27,101 nt of DNA, from positions 1 through 27,101 of IMG/VR virus record IMGVR_UViG_3300048575_000011; one strand, written 5' to 3'. The stretch comes from a virus (lineage: Duplodnaviria > Caudoviricetes). Below the pieces are notes generated by a model. The model saw only the letters and a program-made list of their open reading frames with translations, was not told the DNA's origin and did not search any database. The position numbers and the translations under genes are program-made. Positions 10,401 to 14,945 of this stretch are shown piece by piece; position 1 is the stretch's first letter; every line of letters starts with the position of its first letter.

Positions 10401-13207
10401 TGATCGACAACGAACACGCGCGACGATTCCGGCTTCGGCCCGACATAGACATCGACCTGTTCGCCGTCCGCGCCCTGGGTGCGCTTGATGTAGCCGTAGT
10501 GGTCGCTCATCGTGTGGCGCCACTCGCTGCCATCCTCGCGCTTCCCGGTCCGTTCGGATCCGCGCGGGTTCTCAACGGTTACGTCAAGACCCTGCACGTT
10601 GATGTGGCCCTTGGTGTAGTTCCCGGCTTCCTTCTGGGCCTGGGTCGGCTCGGGCAAGTCGTTCTTCGGGCTCGTCGCGGCTTCGTGAGCAGCTGCCTCG
10701 ATCGCCGCCGATTCTGCCGCGCGCCGCTCGCGCTCGGCCTTGATGTCTGCGATGTTCTCTTTCGGGAAGTTCTTGACGACGACCGAGTTCGCTGCGCGCT
10801 CAGCATTAAACGCATTGTCATAATTGCGCTTTGCCGCCTGCCATTCTGGCGTGGCCTTCACTTCGTCAGGGGTCAGGCCGTTCGGAAGCTTCGGGAACGC
10901 GTTGAGCGCATCTCCGGCCGACCTGCTGCGAGCGCGCGCAGCTTCAGCGTCCGCCTTGGCATTCTCGTAGGTAAGTTGCTCCCGCGGCTGCATGGCCAGG
11001 GTCAGCTTGTGCTGGAGATCAACATTCAGATCACCGAATGACGCGCGCGGAAGGTTCTTCTTGATGATCGGTTGCGCTTCGATCTGTCCAGAAAGCGCCG
11101 TGCGCTCGACCGTGGTCATGGTCTGCCAGCGATCTCCGGCCTCCTTTATCTGCTCTCGCGTCGCGCGTACCGGGCCAGGCGCTGCCTTCTCTCCTTGCGC
11201 AGAATTGACGGGCGGGGTCTTCGTGGCCTGGACTTGCGAAGTTGTCGGCGAAGCGCTCTTCGTTCCAGCGTTCGAGGTTCCGGGCGCATTGGTCAGTCCT
11301 TCGGGCGGAGTGACGCCGGTTCGAGGAGACTCCGCACTGCTTGCTCCTGGTGCTTGCTGAGCAGCGGCTGGGGCTGCTGCGGCAGATGCTTCTCCTGCTG
11401 CCTGCGAAGGTTGCGTGCCTGCTTGCTGGGCTTCAGGGGCTTGAGCGACATTCGTTACTCCTGCGGGTTGAACGGAAGGGGATGCTCCACGCTTCGACAG
11501 CTCCTTCTGGAGCTTCGGCGTGCGCTTGTGATCAGGACCGTAGTAGTCGATCGCCTGTTGAATTTCGGCGTCGCTCATCTGCGGGATCTGCTTCGCGACA
11601 ACCGACTTGATGTCGGCGGTAGGCGCTGCGCCGGCTGCGGCTTCAAGGGGAGCCTGGGAGGCCTGCTGCGCGGGCTTCTGCGCTTCACCGGTAGCAGTCT
11701 TGGGGGCAGACGCCTCGGAGGCGTTCTGCTGCTGGAGCTTGCCCAGCTCGTCGCGCAACTGCTTGCGCTGAGCGACCATTTCCTTGTTCCAGCCTGTCGC
11801 CCTTCCCTGCTGCTGGATAAAGTCCATGCGCGATTGGATCTCGGACACCCGGTTCTGCGTCACAGGTTCTGCGGCCGGCGCCGCGCCTGGGTTCTGATTG
11901 GCATCCTTCGCGGCCACCTCTCCGGAAAGAGCCTGGGCGGTTTCCTGGATTGATTGCGCGTGTGCTCCGGAATCGACGGCGATCGCGGCGGCTGACGAGA
12001 TCGGCCCGGAATTCGGATCGATCCCCATCGCCTGCGATTCCGTCTGTCGCTCCGGTGCGGAGCTGATCGGCGTCACGTCGATGATGTCGCCAGAGTTGAT
12101 GCGCTGCATCCTGGCGGCAAGGTTCTCGCGGTCGAACTGAGTTCTCGCGTTGCGGTCGTCCGCTGTGATCGCGTTGCCTTGCGAATCCACGTTGATGACC
12201 GGGGGAGGAAGCGCCAGCATCGGCCCGGCATTGGGGGCTTGTTCTGATGGTGCCGGTGCTGCCGTCTGCGGAGCCTCCGGTGCGGGCGTGCTGCTTCCAT
12301 GCCCACCTTCGAGGATTGCGGCCGGTGCACCGGTGAGCCCGCCAGCCAGCATTCCCTGGGCGCCGGCCTCCGCCGCGCCTTCGCTCCAAGGCTTTCCTTG
12401 CGCGAGGTTCTGCGCGACCTGTTCCTGGTAGGACTGCGGGAGTTCCTGCAATACGCCTTCCGTCGCGAAGCCCTCGCCAGCCTTGCGCAGAAAGCCCTTG
12501 CTGGCTCCAGCCTCGATGGCCTTCTCGCCGACCGCGCCCATCCTGCCCTGGGCCAGCATCGTTTCCACGTCGCCGATCCCGAGCTTGTTGGCGACGCGGC
12601 CCGCGCCGTACCCGAGCGCTCCAGTCAGCGCACCAGAGGCGGCAAGGATGGCCGATTGCTGGGGCGTGAGGGTTCCGTTCGGGTCTTCGGCACGAACCTG
12701 CTCGGCGTTCTGGCCAGCAGATAGGGCGCCTTCACCGATTGCGCCGGCAAGGACGGGACTCGATAGCCCAGCCTTCAGCGCGCCGCGCGCGATACCGCCA
12801 GCGCCAAGCATCGACGGCGCCGACTCGACGGCCGTACCGACAATGGTGGAGGGGTTCTGAACCGCTGCCGCGATGGTCGGGAAGAATCCCTTGGCGTCAG
12901 CGACGGCCTTGTTCGCGGCCTGTCGCTCTGGCGAATACACTTCGTTGAGGGAGTCGATCGCCTCTTTCGGTCGGTATCCGACACCCTCAAGAGCTTTCCC
13001 GGTTTGACCACCAGTCACAAGATCCGTGAGGCCGACTGCTGCCTGTGGGAGTTCGACCGCCCCCTTCAGCGCATCGATTCCGTAGTCCGCTGCGCGGCGA
13101 AAGAATCCGCTCGGGGCGGTCTTCCCGCCAAACTGCTCCCAGGGTTTCGCGTCCGGGTTCGCTTCAGGCTGTTGCGAAAACTCTTCCCACGGCTTCTTGT
13201 CAGCCAT
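1625..13207 (-). CDS. Giant polyvalent (PLxRFG-type) virion/ejected protein, 3860 aa, multi-domain
   Basis: Uninterrupted 11.6-kb ORF. ATG at 13207 overlaps the upstream TGA (TGATG) and has a GGGAG SD. Recognisable parts: Gly-zipper N-terminal region, InPase, BECR-like HIEARH domain, MTase motifs (DFFPT, LEPSAGMG, NPPF), HEIKGH and HEFIH zincin motifs, GYAPLSRFG, hydrophobic C-terminal helices. Confidence 0.92.
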   Translation of the reverse strand: MADKKPWEEFSQQPEANPDAKPWEQFGGKTAPSGFFRRAADYGIDALKGAVELPQAAVGLTDLVTGGQTGKALEGVGYRPKEAIDSLNEVYSPERQAANKAVADAKGFFPTIAAAVQNPSTIVGTAVESAPSMLGAGGIARGALKAGLSSPVLAGAIGEGALSAGQNAEQVRAEDPNGTLTPQQSAILAASGALTGALGYGAGRVANKLGIGDVETMLAQGRMGAVGEKAIEAGASKGFLRKAGEGFATEGVLQELPQSYQEQVAQNLAQGKPWSEGAAEAGAQGMLAGGLTGAPAAILEGGHGSSTPAPEAPQTAAPAPSEQAPNAGPMLALPPPVINVDSQGNAITADDRNARTQFDRENLAARMQRINSGDIIDVTPISSAPERQTESQAMGIDPNSGPISSAAAIAVDSGAHAQSIQETAQALSGEVAAKDANQNPGAAPAAEPVTQNRVSEIQSRMDFIQQQGRATGWNKEMVAQRKQLRDELGKLQQQNASEASAPKTATGEAQKPAQQASQAPLEAAAGAAPTADIKSVVAKQIPQMSDAEIQQAIDYYGPDHKRTPKLQKELSKRGASPSVQPAGVTNVAQAPEAQQAGTQPSQAAGEASAAAAPAAAQQAPGASSAESPRTGVTPPEGLTNAPGTSNAGTKSASPTTSQVQATKTPPVNSAQGEKAAPGPVRATREQIKEAGDRWQTMTTVERTALSGQIEAQPIIKKNLPRASFGDLNVDLQHKLTLAMQPREQLTYENAKADAEAARARSRSAGDALNAFPKLPNGLTPDEVKATPEWQAAKRNYDNAFNAERAANSVVVKNFPKENIADIKAERERRAAESAAIEAAAHEAATSPKNDLPEPTQAQKEAGNYTKGHINVQGLDVTVENPRGSERTGKREDGSEWRHTMSDHYGYIKRTQGADGEQVDVYVGPKPESSRVFVVDQLNQKTGGFDEHKVMMGFDDETSAKKAYSSNFDKGWKVGPVREMSVGEFKDWLKDGDTTKPAAEPAAEPAKQPRGVLAKKAATEETTSGPQAAIKKGDTIILARDIDYATAGRPYVVESVNKRGISIKNTETGNGTSIAWFQLANHADYTVDKPNSDGKTSLGPNDFIPAPKGGLDYGEITSAMSGGMRRQAGKIRLRRGNEKWGLMHIEARHGAQFKSLGFDSAQDFIAHVAESFNAIYPGNGSGLSLVLQTNRTGGRLMVQLTLSEEGDFYDVKSASPIRGDQFKNEEPLWQRAGTSAPTAQGSSLLPKDQSGNASVDQFGGESKPSAQTEAGRFAGNNIISRVAEGSDRTIIPNADNEAVPKDHAFPLNEAASSYSGLSHSGTQRAKGDAQEYEQFIEGERTNAEAVAETDEQKAALSEALDSLRTDYLGAYGRLMNVRAGTYSGHVAGRSGLNAKQANTRNDSLTRAMTQFAEWKNGATGRVRNAVLKARTEAQREADTAARKKSQDDQAERKQKSDMDLMRKILSWKKGDQLPIGKTAIVAGVNLGRDGYPSSVKLQPTNGEALTSDKFDLAALYRTKGMSVPDSKRRVRELVDAVRAEDSATTTATEPAAAPADPASKTPLLDSHVATMDAIRAGTATAEQLKESFARVESQIDAIKAELATQTKEQLLRAGGATFAMRNRDSKKAEIVDAMANAISDEYALGRRYGKSSFVVSAAGLAEHRKAQDDALRELVANTTDEDIKAHAKEIEQYRAEAKSRREANAKAISDPQTLSDFRAALNHHIQANGETRQQAYLRLTPEQRQRYDDLEADQSKAMREERKNALRSQGIRAAGQATVGNVIATKHTKQGHDLFVVQLADRVSREDYDTLNASAKRLGGNYSSYRGNGAVPGFQFRTRESADAFSKLVAGDTEDAQAVAQARRDAFADDRSQTGAERLRAMAEALNERADASLNQDRKTNTARRASMANSAESAARADKALAGTMSNLAGAIERGDTKYLDAVRQKVQVEYLAATLRTAKDEQLRQTYPAYADYLKHRGEAINSETVDFAKYPNFTAMRSDLADLGRKLLEIDGTKKLGQRLMSVADDVTDAYTDWAKANLLRVSQFGRSGKMADFTSRDDAERAIRRSGLTGRAIVLAIKRGENRVVLSPSEAMKMGLWEGDGDKRITLTGEFGKELVDTVGRRAKGAVSIPWALESAAEGRKRLEGMGLYTPSEFRAALREFVNLQEAQATPDKIKQMERAMIGRRNDGLDFFPTSDAVVDSMLDAAEITDGMSVLEPSAGMGHIADAIREKTGVEPDVVELSGDRRELLDAKGYNIVGEDFTGMNARSFTYGDVFRHEDGRVGVMAKSGGMGSGRVGLAPLDDAGQPDMRRFEWVDRDALTGIEKRGSSSGYDRIIMNPPFSKGRDIEHVKHAFSLLRPGGRLVAIMGEGAFFQSNKAAESFRNWLDELGATSEKLPEGSFLDPNLPVNTGVNARMVVIDKPANELETGAGIALLSRSDSAKAMDFRPISLETASGVIAGLRGTIQKVWNVDLRLVPTFDALPQDVKAAVHQYGDGDQAKGVLHQGVVYVVADEHGSESDLEATILHEIKGHVGIRRLYGPRIALQLNALYASIGGRKGLAALAAKRGFIREMQDYASSLAESKFSDPERTQIIVEELLSHIAQDPKFTDKVKAIIGGIRAWLRAHGFKLASYGETDLLHILSQASTALETVRDASGPVVLMRSAGVDPNNSSILGAAARSPGMTRLDKAVFGMAVEGQKAADVLGLIKGASHSQFNRQLAGLLLKTGINPSLAISSGAELNMGGKAREYAAVYYPAKDSVFMFRPFDAERHMLHEFIHAATAKAIEKTGLASTRMNLLYQHVKKNGGINELYGMKNVDEFVAEAFTNPDFQQALRQIEAPAGSALRSAWDAFVRIVKSILGMPAYVSDNALSSALDLGLDLMRENMALRGQANGAAMGSIADAKAYTRHAVDTLNQTFSAPGKVSWWHKTVGTMYNLAERSPEFKRVFDAAQGFVDDVSKWATDSADMAPTILPKLETWQDIAKKPVSAEDNKAVARPIFEGTLSWSRDIASRPTLVDDLVAQAETLTADEKAQRLLGADQLSHNVYAMWQGMKQEQYEANINARYASAFLQPGIVWTDAELRKMFGLNDGQIGLYREFRMAIDRSLDTMARSDMLRYGGEDAKELRDAVMNAPSLESAAAMLRDHFAELAQEDPSREEHLMVVANGMMDRADKVAKLAEKGYAPLSRFGQYTVDVVEGGERKYFGLFETAREANKMAERMRKEFGAGAVSQGTLSNESFKLFAGITPETLELFGNALGLDSTGDSARDQAFQEYLRLTKSNRSAMKRLIHRQGIAGYSEDVGRVLAAFLYSNARNTAAGLNIGDLGEAVDAIPKQRGELKDVAYRLADYVKNPQEEAQAIRGFLFAQYLGGSIASAFVNMSQPVAVTFPWLSQFGGARNAAAQLGKAAKNMATKGFAYENDLAAALKAAEDDGTVSPQEVHQLMAQAQGRGSLRAGDGTKQGDAIAQGMNALKRVSFAWGKVFGMAEQTNRRVTFIAAYRIAKQQGIADPGAFAKRAVIETQFQYSKANKMQWGRGAIGGTLMTFKTYSIAYLELLHRMATQGGPEGKKAAALALGVLMVMGGAGGLPFAEDVEDVADGLAQLLGYNFSTKAARQEFLEDVFGKGISSFIDKGITGLPGTPIDVAGRLGMGNLIPGTGLFQSKSSHTSDVLELVGPAGDFVQRIAQGAGRALGGDIGGGLLNVAPQAVRNAAKGADMAATGMYRDAKGYKVLDTNGLEAALKAIGFQPNSVATIQDANSQAQQAKNFYNLRVQEIRAKWAQGIFENDPDRVQSARNDIAEWNEKNPDQRMLISVPSVMSRVKEMRKSKDQRIAASAPKAMRAQLRSEFATVKDGL
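4560..5130 (-). other. Domain: zincin-like metallopeptidase 2 (HEFIH ... EFVAEAF)
   Basis: HExxH at 4862-4876 with a downstream E-F-V-A-E helix (gluzincin-type third ligand) near 4720-4740. Confidence 0.7.
5260..5860 (-). other. Domain: zincin-like metallopeptidase 1 (HEIKGHVG ... EELLS)
   Basis: AKGVLHQGVVYVVAD...TILHEIKGHVGIR (HEIKGH at 5603-5620) followed by VEELLSHIA. This HExxGH variant is common in polyvalent proteins. Confidence 0.65.
5935..6640 (-). other. Domain: SAM-dependent amino (probably N6-adenine) DNA methyltransferase
   Basis: Motif X DFFPT (6617-6631), motif I VLEPSAGMG (LEPSAGMG at 6533-6556), motif IV IMNPPF (NPPF at 6176-6187), then LRPGGRLVAIM and TGVNARMVVIDK. Order is gamma-class. 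Confidence 0.85.
9424..9451 (+). promoter_or_regulatory. Antisense sigma70-like promoter inside the giant gene (TTGATT-N16-TACACT)
   Basis: -35 TTGATT at 9424-9429 (4/6 match). -10 TACACT at 9446-9451 (conserved T, A and final T present). A 6-nt discriminator puts +1 at G9458, the first base of the predicted RNA stem. The 60-nt line 9421-9480 is only 48% GC. Confidence 0.55.
9458..9533 (+). ncRNA. Putative 76-nt four-way-junction (cloverleaf-like) antisense-strand ncRNA
   Basis: P1 9458-9466/9525-9533 (9 bp); P2 9468-9472/9480-9484 (5 bp, loop GGGAAGA); P3 9485-9489/9495-9499 (5 bp, loop CUUGU); P4 9500-9509/9514-9523 (10 bp, loop GUCC). Seven G-U pairs and no A-C mismatch on this strand. 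Followed by TCTTCGTTTTT. Confidence 0.55.
9520..9910 (-). other. Domain: putative PBECR (Barnase/EndoU/Colicin E5-D/RelE-fold) RNase
   Basis: GEIT...GKIRLRRG...WGLMHIEARHG (HIEARH at 9764-9781), then short beta strands ending in DFYDVKSASP. Resembles PBECR modules of polyvalent proteins; subfamily not determined. Confidence 0.6.
10193..10224. repeat. 12-bp tandem repeat (GGCCGGCTCGGC x2.7) encoding the PAAEPAAEPA linker
   Basis: ggccggctcggc ggccggctcggc ggccggct read directly; in-frame unit. Confidence 0.85.
10221..10695 (-). other. Domain: inorganic pyrophosphatase-like (InPase) module of polyvalent proteins
   Basis: PTQAQKEAGNYTKGH...VENPRGSERTG...W...M..HYGYIKRTQGADGEQVDVYVG...VFVVDQ...FDEHKVMMGF...AY...EFKDWL follows the InPase pattern along its length. 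Confidence 0.85.
11146..11289 (-). CDS. Possible nested +1-frame ORF B, 47 aa, Arg-rich
   Basis: AAGGA-ctgacca-ATG, 3 nt after the stop of nested ORF A in the same frame. MRPEPRTLERRALRRQLRKSRPRRPRPSILRKERRQRLARYARRESR. Confidence 0.22.
   Translation of the reverse strand: MRPEPRTLERRALRRQLRKSRPRRPRPSILRKERRQRLARYARRESR
11293..11451 (-). CDS. Possible nested +1-frame ORF A, 52 aa
   Basis: AGGAG-taacga-ATG with ideal spacing. MSLKPLKPSKQARNLRRQQEKHLPQQPQPLLSKHQEQAVRSLLEPASLRPKD. Main-frame codons here end unusually often in A/T. Confidence 0.3.
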   Translation of the reverse strand: MSLKPLKPSKQARNLRRQQEKHLPQQPQPLLSKHQEQAVRSLLEPASLRPKD

Positions 13208-14874
13208 CAAACTTTCTCCCAGCTCTTTTGATCGGCGGGGTTCCCGCCCTTGAACCTGTACCCGTTGCGGACTTCACCGGCCTGCGGCGCCCGCTGCTGC
13301 GGTGTCTGGCCCTGGTCCATGAACTGCCCGCTCTGGTTGTTGAAGACGCGGGCCGGGCGCGTGACGAGCTGCTGCGTCGTCGGGTCGATCTCTTGGCCCC
13401 CCTGGACGACCGTGAATCGGTTGGGGGTTTCCCGGCCGGCAAGATCGCGGATCTGCTGCGCGATGGCTGGCCGCTCTTCCGGCTTCGCCGATTCGTAGCG
13501 CTGGTAGAGCGCTTCCTGGCGCTGCTCGGCTCGCGTCTTGAAACCCTGCGCAGTCGCGCGCAAGGCAAGATCGCCCTGCGCTACCTGATTCGCCGCGGCG
13601 GCGCGCGTGTTGGCTCCGGACTCTGTCATCCCGGTACGCGCGAGAGCTGCATCGTTGTTCATCTGCGCGAGCTGCTGCTGTGTCGCCGCGCTCTGGTCGG
13701 CCGTGTAGCGGGTCGTTGCATCGCGCTGCTCGGAGTCCAGCAGACCTTGAGCCGTCCTGAGCTGGTTCGCGGTGAGCTGCCCGTTCGGAGATCCCTTCAG
13801 GGATGTCGTCGCAGCGCTGAACACCGCATTGCGGTCGGCGGCGCGCGCCGGATCGGCGATGACGCCGACGCGAGGGCCGCCAGCACTGAACCCTTGCGCA
13901 CCGGAAGCGGAGCGAACCTGATCCTGTAGCTGGTAGCGGTCAGAAAGAGCCTGGGCCGCCGCGTTGTTCTGAGCGCTGACCATCCCACCGCCCGGCGCCT
14001 GTCCGTTGATCGTGAAATCGCCGCTGATGTCCTTGCCCGAATAGCTGTTCCCAACCCGCGTGACGTTGTTCGCCTGAGCGGGCGCCGTTACCGGCGTGGT
14101 TGTTGTCGCGGGCGCGTTCGGAGTGGATGCCGCTGCCGGGGCGGCAGGGGTGGCCGGCTTGCTCGAAGCTGCGGCGGGTGCAGCTGCCTTCGGTGTCGTT
14201 GCAGCGGGCGCTACGCTCGTCTGCGCTGTACCGTCCAGCGCTCCGCGTGCCGTCTGGTCTGCGGGAATCGGAGTCGAATCGCCGGTTGCTGCTGTTTTGA
14301 GCGTGTTTGCCGCCGCATCCCATGCGTTCGCCAGAGGACGGCCAACCGCATCCTTCAGGAATCCACCGGTATAGGTTCCCATCGCACGAACGGTCTGCCC
14401 AGCGGCGGCCGGGAGGCCACCGGCTTTGTATGCACCAACAGGGTCGTACTCGGCTACCGCCTGAGTCGTGCTGGGGAAAGCCTTCTTGATGTCTTCGACA
14501 AGCCCGCCGTCCGCAAAGAACAGTTCGGGCCGCGCGGCGGCGGAGTCCTGCGCCATAGCAGCCGATGCGGCCGGCGCGTGAGTCGCGGCCTTCATCTGGT
14601 TGAGCGCCTGCACGCCGACCGCATGGACCTGCTCGGGCGGCATGGCAAACTCGCCATTGCTGGCGTTGATCCGCACAGAGCTCGGCTTGAAACCGAGATT
14701 CGCTACGTTCTCAGGGCCGATCTCGGCCGTTGAGTCGGACGGCATGATGTAGGAGCCGTCAGGGACTTCCGCCTTGACGCTATCCGATGTGCCGGTCCCT
14801 TCTCCGCGAATCGGGCCTCCGCGTTTCTGTTCCTTGGCGCTCGCACGATCGGCCGCCTTTTTGAATCCCTGCAT
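13207..14874 (-). CDS. Putative internal virion/ejection protein, 555 aa
   Basis: N-terminal GGPIRGEGTGTSDSV..GSYI and ASNGEFAM motifs, FFADGGLV, Ala/Pro/Thr linker, helical Gln/Ala region, C-terminal GEVRNGYRFKGGNPADQKSWEKV. Stop overlaps the giant gene's start. Confidence 0.72.
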   Translation of the reverse strand: MQGFKKAADRASAKEQKRGGPIRGEGTGTSDSVKAEVPDGSYIMPSDSTAEIGPENVANLGFKPSSVRINASNGEFAMPPEQVHAVGVQALNQMKAATHAPAASAAMAQDSAAARPELFFADGGLVEDIKKAFPSTTQAVAEYDPVGAYKAGGLPAAAGQTVRAMGTYTGGFLKDAVGRPLANAWDAAANTLKTAATGDSTPIPADQTARGALDGTAQTSVAPAATTPKAAAPAAASSKPATPAAPAAASTPNAPATTTTPVTAPAQANNVTRVGNSYSGKDISGDFTINGQAPGGGMVSAQNNAAAQALSDRYQLQDQVRSASGAQGFSAGGPRVGVIADPARAADRNAVFSAATTSLKGSPNGQLTANQLRTAQGLLDSEQRDATTRYTADQSAATQQQLAQMNNDAALARTGMTESGANTRAAAANQVAQGDLALRATAQGFKTRAEQRQEALYQRYESAKPEERPAIAQQIRDLAGRETPNRFTVVQGGQEIDPTTQQLVTRPARVFNNQSGQFMDQGQTPQQRAPQAGEVRNGYRFKGGNPADQKSWEKV

Positions 14875-14902
14875 GGGAAACCCCCGTTGATTCGTCTCGG
14901 CG

Positions 14903-14938
14903 AATCATCAGAGGCCCCCCCTGCGGGATCAAACCCTA
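14903..14938 (-). promoter_or_regulatory. Bipartite motif copy 1: TAGGGTTT-N21-GATGATT, putative phage activator-dependent promoter
   Basis: Lies in the 71-nt intergenic gap upstream of the 555-aa gene; identical architecture to 1592-1627. Confidence 0.55.
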
Positions 14939-14945
14939 TGGGGGG

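Noticed and set aside
10816-10824. TGtCATAAT extended -10-like sequence on the + strand
   Set aside because: Lies inside a domain-like coding segment (RNYDN), has no -35, and no structured transcript is evident.
13200-13225. Programmed frameshift fusing the 555-aa and 3860-aa proteins
   Set aside because: GAG AAA GTT TGA is not a canonical X XXY YYZ slippery site; TGATG coupling with an SD explains the junction.
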